Positions 1-10,374 of a DNA stretch of 64,000 bases are shown one piece after another; the stretch's first letter is position 1; each line of letters opens with the position of its first letter. Source of the stretch: a bacterium (lineage in GTDB: Bacteria > UBA8248); contig CBDCRP010000002.1 in assembly GCA_965221165.1 (NCBI GenBank), positions 832,001-896,000 of the forward strand, written 5' to 3'. Below the pieces are notes generated by a model that saw only the letters and a list, made by a program, of their open reading frames with translations, did not search any database and was not told the origin of the DNA. A program made the translations under genes and the position numbers.

Positions 1-2
1 GG

Positions 3-731
3 GGCGGGACGCTTAAGACCAACGGCCGGCCCGTGGCGCTCGAGTCCGTCAAACTGCTCGCGCCGGTGGCGACGCTCGCGCGGCCCGTCATCGCCGTGGG
101 CCTCAACTACAAGAAACACGCCGATGAGGGTGCGCGCAAATATGGACGCCCGGTGGGCGTCTACCCCGAGATTCCGGTGTTCTTCTGCAAGTGGTCGGGT
201 TCTCACAACAGGCCCGATGGGGAAATCATCCTCCACGGGAACGTGAACGAACTCGACTATGAGTGCGAACTCGCCATCGTGATCGGCAAGGAGGGGATCA
301 ACATCCCGCTCGAACAGGCCATGGATCACGTATACGGCTACACCATCATGAACGAGGTCTCCGCGCGGGACGTGCAGCGCGCCCATAACCAGTGGTTCAA
401 GGGCAAGGCGCTCGACAGCTTCGGCCCCCTGGGGCCGTGGATCGTCACCAAGGACGAGACGGGCGACGGGAACAACCTGGCCGTGATCACGCGCGTGAAC
501 GGCGAGACGCGGCAGAACTCGAACACGAACGACATGATTTTCGATATCGCCACCGTCGTTTCCGTGCTCTCGGAGAGTATGACGCTCGTGCCCGGCGACA
601 TTATCGCCACGGGCACGCCCGAGGGCGTGGGCTTCGCCATGGACCCGCCGGGGCTCCTGAACGTGGGCGACGTGGTGGAGTGTGAAATCGAGAACATCGG
701 CGTGCTCAGGAGCACCGTCGTCGCGCCGTGA
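3..731 (+). CDS. Fumarylacetoacetate hydrolase (FAH) family protein, probably 5'-partial
   Basis: Motifs VGLNYKKH, LDYECELAIVIGK, NEVSARDVQ, GKALDSFGPLGPW, GDIIATGTPEGVG; frame is open to the window edge upstream of GTG 33. Confidence 0.9.
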   Translation, partial: GGTLKTNGRPVALESVKLLAPVATLARPVIAVGLNYKKHADEGARKYGRPVGVYPEIPVFFCKWSGSHNRPDGEIILHGNVNELDYECELAIVIGKEGINIPLEQAMDHVYGYTIMNEVSARDVQRAHNQWFKGKALDSFGPLGPWIVTKDETGDGNNLAVITRVNGETRQNSNTNDMIFDIATVVSVLSESMTLVPGDIIATGTPEGVGFAMDPPGLLNVGDVVECEIENIGVLRSTVVAP

Positions 732-834
732 CAAGACGCGCGGCGCGAGAGCACCCGCGCGCTCATCACATAAAAGAGCGATTCAGGCGGCTCGTTCGAT
801 GACGCCGAAATCGGAACTCCGGGCGGATGGGGCT

Positions 835-1335
835 TTACGTCAGCGTTTGCTTGAGATAGGGCACGAGGCCGCCCGCCTTCACCATGTCCATGATGTGATC
901 GGGCAGGGGTTCGGCTTGTAAGGTCTGGCCCTTGGTCAGGTTCTCGACCCTTCCCGCAATCGGATCGACGCGCACGCGGTCGCCTTGTTCTATCGAGTCC
1001 GCATCGGCGCAGATGAGCACGGGCAGCCCGATGCACAGCGAATTCCTGAAAAAATTCCGGGCGAACGTCCGCGCGATGACCGCGCCCACGCCCGCGCGCT
1101 TGATGCCCCGGGGGGCCGTCTCCCGGCTCGAGCCGCAGCCGAAGTTTCCTCCGCCGATTATCACGTCGCCCGCCTGCACGTTTTTGGGGAAATCGGGGTC
1201 GATCCCCTCCATCGCGTGAGCGGCCAGTTCCTCATCCGGCAGGCTCGCATACTTGGACGGCATGATGTAGCCCGTATCCACGTTGTCGCCGAACACCCAG
1301 GCGCCGCCCTCGATGGTTTGCGTCTCGTTGCTCAT
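835..1335 (-). CDS. Isopropylmalate/homoaconitate dehydratase-like small subunit (LeuD/HacB/DmdB type)
   Basis: WVFGDNVDTG, GGNFGCGSSRE, FARNFFRN; ATG 1335 overlaps large-subunit stop (ATGA). Confidence 0.9.
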   Translation of the reverse strand: MSNETQTIEGGAWVFGDNVDTGYIMPSKYASLPDEELAAHAMEGIDPDFPKNVQAGDVIIGGGNFGCGSSRETAPRGIKRAGVGAVIARTFARNFFRNSLCIGLPVLICADADSIEQGDRVRVDPIAGRVENLTKGQTLQAEPLPDHIMDMVKAGGLVPYLKQTLT

Positions 1336-2615
1336 GAGATGAACTCCCTCGGGTCGGCCACGCGGCCCTGGACGGCGCTCGCCGCCACCGTGGCGGCCGA
1401 GGCCAGGTATATCGACGCCTCGAGGCTTCCCATGCGTCCCTTGTAATTGCGGTTGGCCGAGGAGATGCACACCTCCCCGTCTCCGAGTTGCCCGGCTCCC
1501 CTGCCCGCGCAGATGCCGCACGTGGTGGGCAGGAGGACGCCGCCCGCGTCGAGGATAGCCGCAAGCGTCCCGTCCGCCATGGCCTTGCTCATGATGTCCT
1601 TGCTCGCGGGCGCGATGAGAAGCTGGAGCCCGTGGGCGACCCGCCTTCCCTTCAGGACCGCCGCCGCCGCCTGTAAGTCGAGAAGCTTCGCCCCCGTGCA
1701 CGAGCCGATGTGCGCGCGCTGGAGAGGAGGCGATTCCACCTCCTCCACCGGGTAGACGTTGTCCATCCTGTGGGGACACGCCACCCGGGGCGATAAATCG
1801 GTCACGTCGTATTCGTAGGATTCGGCGTAGGTTGCATCCGGGTCGGAGCGCACGGCCTCCCAGCCGTCTTCCACGCCTGCGTTTTTGAGATATTCCGCCG
1901 TCGCTTCATCTACGTCTATGATGGAGCTCTTGGCGCTGAACTCGGCCGCCATGTTGGAGAGCGTCATGCGGTCCTCGACGGGCAGCGCCATGAGCGCCTC
2001 GCCCTCGAACTGGAGCACCTTGTATTCCGCCCCGTCTACTTTCAAGTCCTTGAGCGCGAGCAGCGCCATGTCCTTGCCGTATATCCCTTCGGGAACCCGT
2101 CCCTTGAAGTGGACCCGTATCGTCTCTGGCACGCGGAGCCAGACCTCTCCCTTGGCGAGCACGCCGATGCTCTCCGTCGGCCCGATAGCTACGCCCAGCG
2201 CGCCCAGCGCGCCCGTGTTGGTGGTGTGGCTGTCCGTGCCGGTGACGAGAACGCCCGGACGCACGAAGCCTTTCTCGGCCATGAGAATGTGGCAGATGCC
2301 CTCTGCGTCGTAAAAATGGGAGAGCTCCTGCTCGGCCGCCCAGGCTCTGGTGACGTTCAGCACCCTGGACTGCGAATCGTCGGTGGGCGGATTGTGGTGG
2401 TCGGCCGTGAGCATGAAGCGATTCTTGTTCCAGATGGGAAGACCCAGTTCGGCGAAGTCCTTCCCCATGCGGAACGGCCCCTGGTTGTCGTGCATGACGT
2501 GGGCGTCGACCTTCGCCCAGACGATGTCGCCCACGTCCACGCGCTCGCGCCCGCTGGCGCGGGCCAGGATTTTCTGTGTGGCTGTATCCCCGGACAAGAG
2601 GTTCTCCTTCAACAT
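1332..2615 (-). CDS. Aconitase-family dehydratase large subunit (LeuC/HacA/DmdA type)
   Basis: DHHNP, GICH, GTDSHT, IGSCTG, CGICAG, SSANRNYKGRMG [4Fe-4S] aconitase motifs. Confidence 0.9.
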   Translation of the reverse strand: MLKENLLSGDTATQKILARASGRERVDVGDIVWAKVDAHVMHDNQGPFRMGKDFAELGLPIWNKNRFMLTADHHNPPTDDSQSRVLNVTRAWAAEQELSHFYDAEGICHILMAEKGFVRPGVLVTGTDSHTTNTGALGALGVAIGPTESIGVLAKGEVWLRVPETIRVHFKGRVPEGIYGKDMALLALKDLKVDGAEYKVLQFEGEALMALPVEDRMTLSNMAAEFSAKSSIIDVDEATAEYLKNAGVEDGWEAVRSDPDATYAESYEYDVTDLSPRVACPHRMDNVYPVEEVESPPLQRAHIGSCTGAKLLDLQAAAAVLKGRRVAHGLQLLIAPASKDIMSKAMADGTLAAILDAGGVLLPTTCGICAGRGAGQLGDGEVCISSANRNYKGRMGSLEASIYLASAATVAASAVQGRVADPREFIS

Positions 2616-2701
2616 AGGGGGATGCGGAAACGCGACAGTCTTGTATACTCGCCTTGTCGCACACTATCGAACGCGAAGCAAGACTTGGGCATGGAGACGA
2701 T

Positions 2702-3307
2702 ATGGCCGGAGACAAGGAAATCGACCGCAAGGCGTTCTTCAAGGAGGGCCCGCTCTCCTTCATGCGCTCCTTCATGCAGGGGATGCAGCAGGGGGAAACC
2801 AGGCTCCAGCGATCGAACCTCGAGGGGCCTGTACTGCGTCCTCCGGGCGCGGCGGCGGAAGCCGATTTCCTGAACCTCTGCACGGGCAGCGCGCAATGCG
2901 CGCTCGCGTGTCCGGCCGACGCCATATTGATGCTCCCCCGCGAGGACGGTTCGGGGCTCGAGGCTCCCCGCATCATCCCCGTCGACGGAGCCTGCGTGGT
3001 TTGTGACGACCTCTCCTGCATGAAGGTCTGCCCCACGGGAGCGCTCACCCTCGTGCCCCGCGAGGAGATTCGCGTCGGCCTGGCGAAAGTGAACCACGAG
3101 ACGTGCTTCTCCTGGAACAAGCTGGATGAGGAGTGCAACTACTGCGTGACGCGCTGCCCCATCGGGGAGAGCGCGATACGCATCGAGGAGCGGGAAGACG
3201 GAAAAGGCCCCGTCATCGGTGAGACCTGCGTGGGTTGCGGCACCTGTGAGCAGCACTGCCCCGAATACCCGGGCGCCGTTCGCGTGTTTCCCATCGAATC
3301 TTCCTAG
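2702..3307 (+). CDS. NapG/MauM-like polyferredoxin
   Basis: LRPPGA followed by four Cys clusters (CTGSAQCALACP, CVVCDDLSCMKVCP, CNYCVTRCP, CVGCGTCEQHCP); GGAGA upstream of ATG 2702. Confidence 0.8.
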   Translation: MAGDKEIDRKAFFKEGPLSFMRSFMQGMQQGETRLQRSNLEGPVLRPPGAAAEADFLNLCTGSAQCALACPADAILMLPREDGSGLEAPRIIPVDGACVVCDDLSCMKVCPTGALTLVPREEIRVGLAKVNHETCFSWNKLDEECNYCVTRCPIGESAIRIEEREDGKGPVIGETCVGCGTCEQHCPEYPGAVRVFPIESS

Positions 3308-3385
3308 AGCGCAAAATCCCGGAAAACACCCACCTCCCGCATCAGAGCCAGGAGTGCGAATTACACCGAAGGTGCGCGGTGCCGA

Positions 3386-3886
3386 TTAGGAAAATTCCTC
3401 TTTCAGGATTTCGTGGATGAACCGCTGAACGGCGAGGGGGTAGAACCGGATGTCCGGCGTGCAGACCACGGCGGTGTCCGTGGTTTCCAGGCGCGCGAGT
3501 TCGTTCAGCACCTTTTCCACCAGAACCTCCGGGCTCCACTCGTGGTGGGTGATTTTCAGGTGCTCGTTCTCGATGTCGAAATTACCCGCCGCGACGGCGG
3601 GAAACGCGAACACGCGGCCGATGAGGTCGGAATCCATCATTTCGGAATCCTTGAAAATCTCGCCGAACGTCTTCTGCGCCTCGGCCGGCGTCCACACCAG
3701 CTTGGGAGACACCAGGAGTTTGCCGGATATCTGGACCGAGCCCGCCTGCTCTTCCATCTCCGGCCCCAGCACCCGGTAGCCGAGTTCATGATAGCCCGAC
3801 ACGATGCCCACGTAAGGCTTCTGGATGATGCGGATTTCCTCGCTCACCTGCCTGTGGAAATCGCGCTGCATGTCGTCGTCGAACAT
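3386..3886 (-). CDS. Hypothetical protein
   Basis: Acidic, globular-looking 166-aa ORF with GGAG before ATG 3886; lies downstream of hemY on the same strand. Confidence 0.7.
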   Translation of the reverse strand: MFDDDMQRDFHRQVSEEIRIIQKPYVGIVSGYHELGYRVLGPEMEEQAGSVQISGKLLVSPKLVWTPAEAQKTFGEIFKDSEMMDSDLIGRVFAFPAVAAGNFDIENEHLKITHHEWSPEVLVEKVLNELARLETTDTAVVCTPDIRFYPLAVQRFIHEILKEEFS

Positions 3887-4017
3887 CAAGACATCTCCGT
3901 CAAAATCCAAACCCTGCAAACAGAAACACGAAACAGCAGTTGATACCAAATGCGAACCCGCGCGGTCAAACGACGCCGCCCCGATAGCGAGCCGCCTCCC
4001 TATTCTCTTCTTTTTTC

Positions 4018-5445
4018 TTAAGGATTGATAGTCCGCAAATCATCGAGAATTTTATCCGCCGCCTCGTTCGCCGATTTCACGCAGTCGGGAATCCCCACGC
4101 CGTGGTAGGCGTTTCCGGCGAGAGCAAGGCCCCGCGTCGCCGCGAGTTCGCTCTCGATGCGCCGCACCTTCTCCAGGTGGCCCACCAGATAATGCGGGAG
4201 CGATTCCTCATAGCGATAAAAGACTTCTCCTTCGGGCTCTCCGGTGATCCCCAGAATCGGGCGAAGCTCATCCATCAGTCTAAGGGTCAGCTCCGCATCC
4301 GTCAGGGAATCGCCCTCTCCTCCCGCGAACGCGCGGATGAGCACTTTCCCCTCGGGCGTTCTTCCGACGAACTTCGTACTCGAAAACGAGCACGCAAGAA
4401 GCGTTTTGTTCTCTATCGCCGGCACCACGAAACCCATGGCGTTAAGCGGATTCGCCACCTGATCGGCGCGATACGTCAGGTTGAGCGTCGCCAGAGAACC
4501 ACTGGGTATGCGCATCAACTCCTCTGATAGATTAGGCGATACCTGCTCCAGCATCCGTCCCGAGGCGCGGGGCGGCAGGGTGATGCAAACCGCGTCTGCA
4601 TCCACCCCCTCGCCACCCTGAAGGCGAACGACCCAGCCTTTTTCTTTTTTCTCGAGCGCTTCCGCCCTGCATCCGGTGCGAACCGAGGCGGCGGAGATTT
4701 TCCCGGCCAGGGCGTCCACCAGCGCGCCCATGCCGCGCTCGAAACTGACGAACAGGCCGTACCTCGGGCCGCTCGCCGAGACGCCCTCGCCCGAACCTCT
4801 TTTCTGCATCCGTATTCTGAGTCCCAGGATGAGGCTCCCGTGCTCGCGCTCTATCTCGTGAAACTGCGGCATGGTGGCTTTCAGGCTCAGCTTTTCCGGG
4901 TCGGCCGAGTAAATACCCGCCACCATGGGCTCGGCCATTCTCTCCAGCGCCTCGCGCCCGAAACGCCTGCGCACGAAATCGGCCAGGGATTCATCCGCAT
5001 CCCCCTTCCGGCGGGGCAGAAGAACGTCCATCGCCATCCTGAGCTTGCCGAGCGGGCTGAAGATGGGCGACATCAGGAACGGACCGATTCGGTACGGCGC
5101 CAAAAGGTAAAACCCCTGTGGCACGGGGAGCAGTTCCTCACCCCTTAAGACGAAACTGCGCCGGTGGCGCTCGTTCGTGCCGATGAGTTGACTTTCAAGC
5201 CCCAGCTCCTCGCAGAGCTCGACGCCATCGGGCTTTGAGGTGAGAAAACAGTCCGGGCCTTTCTCCATCAGGACGCCGTCGACGAATTCGGTCTCGATGA
5301 CGCCGCCGAGCCTGGGGGATGCCTCGATGAGATGGACTTCCAGTGGCAGATTTCGCGCCTCGGAAGCACGCAAGAGCCGGTAGCAGACGGTGAGCCCCGT
5401 CACCCCTCCGCCAAGCACGACCACCCGCCCGGCACGTGAGATCAA
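4018..5445 (-). CDS. hemY: HemY protoporphyrinogen/coproporphyrinogen III oxidase
   Basis: GGGVTGL FAD motif, EKGPDCF, GIYSADPEKLS, AGNAYHGVGIPDCV. Confidence 0.92.
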   Translation of the reverse strand: MISRAGRVVVLGGGVTGLTVCYRLLRASEARNLPLEVHLIEASPRLGGVIETEFVDGVLMEKGPDCFLTSKPDGVELCEELGLESQLIGTNERHRRSFVLRGEELLPVPQGFYLLAPYRIGPFLMSPIFSPLGKLRMAMDVLLPRRKGDADESLADFVRRRFGREALERMAEPMVAGIYSADPEKLSLKATMPQFHEIEREHGSLILGLRIRMQKRGSGEGVSASGPRYGLFVSFERGMGALVDALAGKISAASVRTGCRAEALEKKEKGWVVRLQGGEGVDADAVCITLPPRASGRMLEQVSPNLSEELMRIPSGSLATLNLTYRADQVANPLNAMGFVVPAIENKTLLACSFSSTKFVGRTPEGKVLIRAFAGGEGDSLTDAELTLRLMDELRPILGITGEPEGEVFYRYEESLPHYLVGHLEKVRRIESELAATRGLALAGNAYHGVGIPDCVKSANEAADKILDDLRTINP

Positions 5446-6404
5446 CTTCCGCTCCCCGTCATTTTGGCGCGAATCAGTTCACACAGCATTTGGATGAAGG
5501 AAGGATGCGTGCCCACCGTGGGCGCGCGGTAAAAGCGAAGCCCCGCTTCTTCGGCCGCTTCTCGCGCCTCGATGTCGAGGTCGAAGAGCACCTCCACGTG
5601 GTCGCATATGAAGCCCACGGGAACCAGCAGGACGGTCTTTGCGCCACCGGCGGCGGCCTCGCGTATAACGTCCACCACGTCCGGGCCGAGCCATGTGCCG
5701 GGGGGAACGTCGGGACTGCTCTGGAAACCGACCTCATAGCTTCTCAAGCCCAACTTTTGCGCCGCGAGAGCCGCCGTCTCGCGGAATTCCTCCTCATAAG
5801 AAGAGGCCCTGGCCATGGAAACGGGTATCGAATGGGCCGTAAAGATGACTTTGGCGTCATCCAGGCCCCCTTCTTCCGGGACGGTCTGATGCACCCGCTC
5901 GGCGATGGCGTCGATGAAGCCCGGATGCTCGTGCCAGGGCGTTTCCAGGAACTCGGCTTCGGGCGCATCGCCGCCCAATTTTTCTCGCGCCGAGGCGGCG
6001 GCTCCCCGGTATGCCTCCCAGCTTATTTTCGTGCGGTGAGGGGCCAGTATGACGCCCAGAGCGCGCCGCAAGCCGCGCCTGCCCATCTCGGCCAGCGTCT
6101 CTTCCACGTATGGCGTCCAGAACCGGTAGCCCGTATAGACGGGGACGCCCACGCCCGCTTGTTCGAGCGCCATCTCGAGCGCGCCCGCTTGTTTTTGAGA
6201 AAAAAACGTGAACGGAGAGACGCCGCCGAAGTGTTCATAGTGCGCGGCCACCTCCCGGATGCGCTCGGGGCCGCCCGCCCTCTGGCCGACGATGCTCTCC
6301 ACGTAGCAATACGCCTCGCCCGGACATTCCTCGTACCGGCGGCAACAACCCCGCGTGGGACCGCCGAAGCCGATCATGATGATGGAATCAAACTCGCCCT
6401 TCAT
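5442..6404 (-). CDS. hemH: Ferrochelatase (coproporphyrin III type likely)
   Basis: GGVSP, IFTAHSIP, FQS..WLGP, PVGFICDHVEVLFDLD; ATG 6404 overlaps hemE stop. Confidence 0.92.
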   Translation of the reverse strand: MKGEFDSIIMIGFGGPTRGCCRRYEECPGEAYCYVESIVGQRAGGPERIREVAAHYEHFGGVSPFTFFSQKQAGALEMALEQAGVGVPVYTGYRFWTPYVEETLAEMGRRGLRRALGVILAPHRTKISWEAYRGAAASAREKLGGDAPEAEFLETPWHEHPGFIDAIAERVHQTVPEEGGLDDAKVIFTAHSIPVSMARASSYEEEFRETAALAAQKLGLRSYEVGFQSSPDVPPGTWLGPDVVDVIREAAAGGAKTVLLVPVGFICDHVEVLFDLDIEAREAAEEAGLRFYRAPTVGTHPSFIQMLCELIRAKMTGSGS

Positions 6405-7468
6405 TCGGCCCCCACTTCCCATTCCTGAACGAACGCAACCAGTCTCTTGACGTTGTCGACCGGAGTGCCCGGCAGAATCCCGTGCCCGAGATTAAAGACG
6501 TGGCCCGGGCGTCCGGCTCCCTGGCGCAGGATGTCCTCCGCTCGCTCAAAAATCTGCTCAGGCGCTGCGAACAAAACGCACGGGTCGAGGTTTCCCTGAA
6601 TCGCCATATCGCCCAGACGCTCCCGGGCGCTGGAAAGTTCCACGCGAAAATCGACCCCCACTACGTCGCCGCCCGCTCCAGCGAACGCTTCCAGATAAGG
6701 CGCTGTTCCCGTACCGAAGTGGATGATGGGCGCGTCCTTCGCGATCCCCGCAATCAGCGCGCGGCTGTGCGGCAGGACGAACTCCCTGAAATCCCCGGGC
6801 GAGAGACAACCCACCCAGCTATCGAAAATCTGCACCACCTGCGCGCCTGCGCGAATCTGTTCGTTCAGATATACGATCAGCCCACGCACCAGCTTTTCCA
6901 TCAGCGCATGCCACGCACCCGAATCAGCATACATGAATTTTTTGGTGTTCTCGAAATTGCGCGAGCCGCCGCCCTCGATCATGTACGACGCCAGCGTGAA
7001 GGGCGCGCCGCAAAAGCCGATGAGCGGAAGGGCGGGATTCATCTCGGCCCTGGTTTTCCGGACCGCCTCGAACACGAAGGCGAGGCTCTCCCGAGGCTCC
7101 GCCTCTCTCAGGCGCTCCACGTCCGCCGCCGCGCGAACCGGGTTGTGGAGAACGGGGCCGTCGCCTTTTGCGTATTCCAGGTCCATGCCCATCGGTTGTA
7201 AGATGAGCAGAATGTCCGAGAACAGGATGGCTGCGTCCGCGCCGATTTCATCGAGCGCCGTGATGGCGACCTCGGCGGCCAGATCGGGCGTGCGGCACAG
7301 TTCGATAAAGGAAACCTTCTCACGAACGGCGCGGTACTCGCGCATGTATCTGCCCGCCTGACGCATGAGCCAGATGGGCGTCCTGGCGTTGGGCAGTCCC
7401 CGGCAGGCGCGCATGAAGGCGGAATCCGCATACGCGGGCGCGTTTCCCGGCGATGATTGCGCCGACAT
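6401..7468 (-). CDS. hemE: Uroporphyrinogen decarboxylase
   Basis: PIWLMRQAGRY, ILFSDIL, GFCGAPFTLASY, FNLGHGI. Confidence 0.96.
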   Translation of the reverse strand: MSAQSSPGNAPAYADSAFMRACRGLPNARTPIWLMRQAGRYMREYRAVREKVSFIELCRTPDLAAEVAITALDEIGADAAILFSDILLILQPMGMDLEYAKGDGPVLHNPVRAAADVERLREAEPRESLAFVFEAVRKTRAEMNPALPLIGFCGAPFTLASYMIEGGGSRNFENTKKFMYADSGAWHALMEKLVRGLIVYLNEQIRAGAQVVQIFDSWVGCLSPGDFREFVLPHSRALIAGIAKDAPIIHFGTGTAPYLEAFAGAGGDVVGVDFRVELSSARERLGDMAIQGNLDPCVLFAAPEQIFERAEDILRQGAGRPGHVFNLGHGILPGTPVDNVKRLVAFVQEWEVGAE

Positions 7469-7664
7469 GGAACCCCTCCCGTAAAACGTATGAGAACCCG
7501 TCCTCCCGGGCGGGCCAGATGAGCCAGTCTAATCCAAAAAGCGCGCGCGCGCCTATCGGGCGAGCCGTATGAACATCAAGAGGAAGAGCGTCGCTCGCTG
7601 GACAACGCCGCTTCAGGTAGGATAATAAAGATTCTTGATTTCGGGCATCATGCCCCGACACCCC

Positions 7665-7739
7665 GGCGCCATAGCCAAGTGGTAAGGCAGAGGACTGCAA
7701 ATCCTTTATTCCCCGGTTCAAATCCGGGTGGCGCCTCCA
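7665..7739 (+). tRNA. tRNA-Cys(GCA)
   Basis: GGCGCCA acceptor stem pairs with TGGCGCC, anticodon GCA at 7697-7699, GGTTCAAATCC T-arm, encoded CCA. Confidence 0.97.
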
Positions 7740-7764
7740 ACGTCCCTTGGAGGGAGACGATTCG

Positions 7765-8394
7765 ATGGAGCAAACGAAGACAGCGCCGAAGATACAAACC
7801 AAAGAAAAGCTTCGCGAGTTCTACGGCCCGCCCAACGAGCGCAGCGCCAAGAAACAGATGGCGAAGCTCGACGAGCACGCCAAGAATTTTATCGCGCTCT
7901 CTCCATTCATGGTCATCTCCTCCGCCACGGCGGACGGCGCGGACGCATCCCCCAAAGGGGACCCGCCCGGATTCGTCAAGGTAATCGACGACAATACCCT
8001 GCTCATCCCGGACAGGCCGGGCAACAACCGCGTCGACACCATGAGCAACATCGTGGAGAACAACCACGTCGGCCTCCTCTTCCTGGTGCCCGGCATGTGC
8101 GAGACGCTGCGCGTGAACGGGCGCGCGCGCATCACGACGGACCCTGAAGTTCTCGAACCGCTCTCGGTGAAGGGCAGGCTCCCCGTATCGGCGATGATCA
8201 TCGACGTGGACGATGTATATCTCCACTGCGGCAAGGCCCTCATCCGCGCAAATCTCTGGGATCCGGAAAAATACATCGAGAGAAAATCGTTCCCCTCGAT
8301 GGGGCAGATGCTCGCCGATCAGATAGACGACTACGACGACGGAGAGGAACTCGACAAGGGCATTCAGGCGAGATACAAGACGGGCCTGTATTAG
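7765..8394 (+). CDS. Pyridoxamine 5'-phosphate oxidase-like (split beta-barrel, MSMEG_1061-type) flavin-binding protein
   Basis: DASPKGDPPGFV, IPDRPGNNRVD, LFLVPG..ETLRVNG, HCGKALIRANLW. Confidence 0.88.
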   Translation: MEQTKTAPKIQTKEKLREFYGPPNERSAKKQMAKLDEHAKNFIALSPFMVISSATADGADASPKGDPPGFVKVIDDNTLLIPDRPGNNRVDTMSNIVENNHVGLLFLVPGMCETLRVNGRARITTDPEVLEPLSVKGRLPVSAMIIDVDDVYLHCGKALIRANLWDPEKYIERKSFPSMGQMLADQIDDYDDGEELDKGIQARYKTGLY

Positions 8395-8457
8395 CGCAGG
8401 GCCGAAAACACGCTCACCGCTCAAAATCGCAGTCCCGCCCTCTCCGGTCGGAACCGC

Positions 8458-10374
8458 CTAATGCGTCTCCCTTAAATAAACGACCGCGAGCGGGGGCAGC
8501 GTCACCTCTATCGAATAGGGCTGGTCGTTCAAGGGCGCTGCAACGGCATGGCAGCCATCCGGATTCCCCACACCGCTGCCTCCGTAGATTTCCGCATCGC
8601 TGTTCAGCAACTCGACCCACTCGCCGGCGGCGGGAACGCCCATCCGGTAGTCCATCCTGGGCACGGGCGTCAGATTCGCCGCCACGAGCAGCATGGGTTC
8701 ATCCTCCGTGGCGACCCGCACGAACCCCAAAACGCTCTCCGCCGCCGCGTCCGCAGTCACCCACATGAAGCCGCTGGTGTCGTAATCCCGCCGGAACAGG
8801 GCGCGCTCCTGATGGTACAAGGCATTGAGATCGCGCACCCATTTCATCAGCCCCGCCCGCAAGGGCTCCTGGGTGAGGTCCCAATCGAGCGCGCCGTCAT
8901 GGTTCCATTCGCGCCATTGGCCGAATTCCCCGCCCATGAACAGGAGTTTCTTGCCCGGCTGGGCGAACATCAGCCCGTAGAGCGCGCGCAGATTCGAGAA
9001 TTTCCGACCGCTGTCTCCCGGCATCTTCCCGAGCAGGGAACTCTTGCCGTGCACCACCTCGTCGTGGGAGAGCGGCAGCACGAAATTCTCGTTATAGGCG
9101 TAGAGCATCCGGAACGTGAGCAGGTTGTGGTGAAATTTCCGGTGAACGGGGTCCTTTTTCATGTACTCGAGTGAATCGTGCATCCAGCCCATGTCCCATT
9201 TCATGCCGAAACCCAGGCCACCCGCATCGACGGGTCTGGATACCATGGGCCAGGCGGTGGATTCTTCCGCGATAGTCTGCACGTCGGGAAACCGGCGATA
9301 GACTTCCGTGTTCAGGCGCTTCAAGAAAGAGATGGCCTCAAGATTCTCCCGGCCCCCCTCTTCGTTGGGAAGCCACTCTCCCTCTTTTCTCGAATAATCG
9401 AGATAGAGCATCGAGGCCACGCCGTCCACGCGCAGCCCGTCAGCGTGGAAAGTCTCCAGCCAGTACAAGGCGTTGCTTATCAGGAAGGCGGCGACTTCGT
9501 TTCGCCCGTAATTGAAAATATAGCTTCGCCAATCGGGGTGAAAACCCCGCCGGGGATCGGCGTGCTCGTAGAGATGTGTTCCGTCGAAAAAGCCCAGCCC
9601 GTGCCCGTCCGTGGGAAAATGCGAGGGCACCCAGTCCAGAATCACGCCCAGGCTGCGCTGATGGAGATAATCGATCAGATACATAAAATCCTGCGGGGAG
9701 CCGTAGCGGCTCGTGGGGGAGAAGTAGCCCGTTACCTGATATCCCCAGGAACCGTTGAAGGGGTGTTCCATCACCGGAAGGAACTCGACGTGGGTGAACC
9801 CCATGTGAAGCATGTGTTCGGCGAGTTGGGGCGCCAGTTCTCTATATGTGAGGGGGCGATTCTCCTCGTGCGGCGCCCGCCGCCAGGAGCCGATATGAAG
9901 CTCATAGATGGAAATGGGCGCTTCGCGGCCGTTGCACGCGCCCCGGCATTCCATCCAGTTTTCATCCCCCCATTCGTAATCCAGATTCCAGACGACCGAG
10001 CCGCTCTTCGGAGGAACCTCGCTGTAGAACCCGAAAGGATCCGCCTTGTCCACCCGATAATCCCCGACACGTGAGTGAACCAGATACTTGTATACTTCAC
10101 CCGCTCCCATACCCGGGATGAACCCCGCCCAGATCCCCGAGCTCTCCACCGGAGCCAACGGGTGGCCTTCCTCATTCCAGTCGTTGAAATCTCCGATGAC
10201 GCTCACACGCTTCGCGTTCGGCGCCCATACGGCGAAATGAACGCCGGCCTCGCCGTCCACCGTCATGGGGTGCGCGCCCATTTTTTCGTACAAGGTGAAA
10301 TGGGACCCCTGGTTGAACAGATACACATCGTAATCCGTGATATAGGAAAACGCAGGGTAGTGGACCACATTCAT
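8458..10374 (-). CDS. glgB: 1,4-alpha-glucan branching enzyme
   Basis: [52 protein letters not shown]. Confidence 0.96.
   Translation of the reverse strand: MNVVHYPAFSYITDYDVYLFNQGSHFTLYEKMGAHPMTVDGEAGVHFAVWAPNAKRVSVIGDFNDWNEEGHPLAPVESSGIWAGFIPGMGAGEVYKYLVHSRVGDYRVDKADPFGFYSEVPPKSGSVVWNLDYEWGDENWMECRGACNGREAPISIYELHIGSWRRAPHEENRPLTYRELAPQLAEHMLHMGFTHVEFLPVMEHPFNGSWGYQVTGYFSPTSRYGSPQDFMYLIDYLHQRSLGVILDWVPSHFPTDGHGLGFFDGTHLYEHADPRRGFHPDWRSYIFNYGRNEVAAFLISNALYWLETFHADGLRVDGVASMLYLDYSRKEGEWLPNEEGGRENLEAISFLKRLNTEVYRRFPDVQTIAEESTAWPMVSRPVDAGGLGFGMKWDMGWMHDSLEYMKKDPVHRKFHHNLLTFRMLYAYNENFVLPLSHDEVVHGKSSLLGKMPGDSGRKFSNLRALYGLMFAQPGKKLLFMGGEFGQWREWNHDGALDWDLTQEPLRAGLMKWVRDLNALYHQERALFRRDYDTSGFMWVTADAAAESVLGFVRVATEDEPMLLVAANLTPVPRMDYRMGVPAAGEWVELLNSDAEIYGGSGVGNPDGCHAVAAPLNDQPYSIEVTLPPLAVVYLRETH

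Noticed and set aside
7665-7739. tRNA-Cys as integration site of the phage genes
   Set aside because: No duplicated tRNA 3' end or integrase noticed in the window
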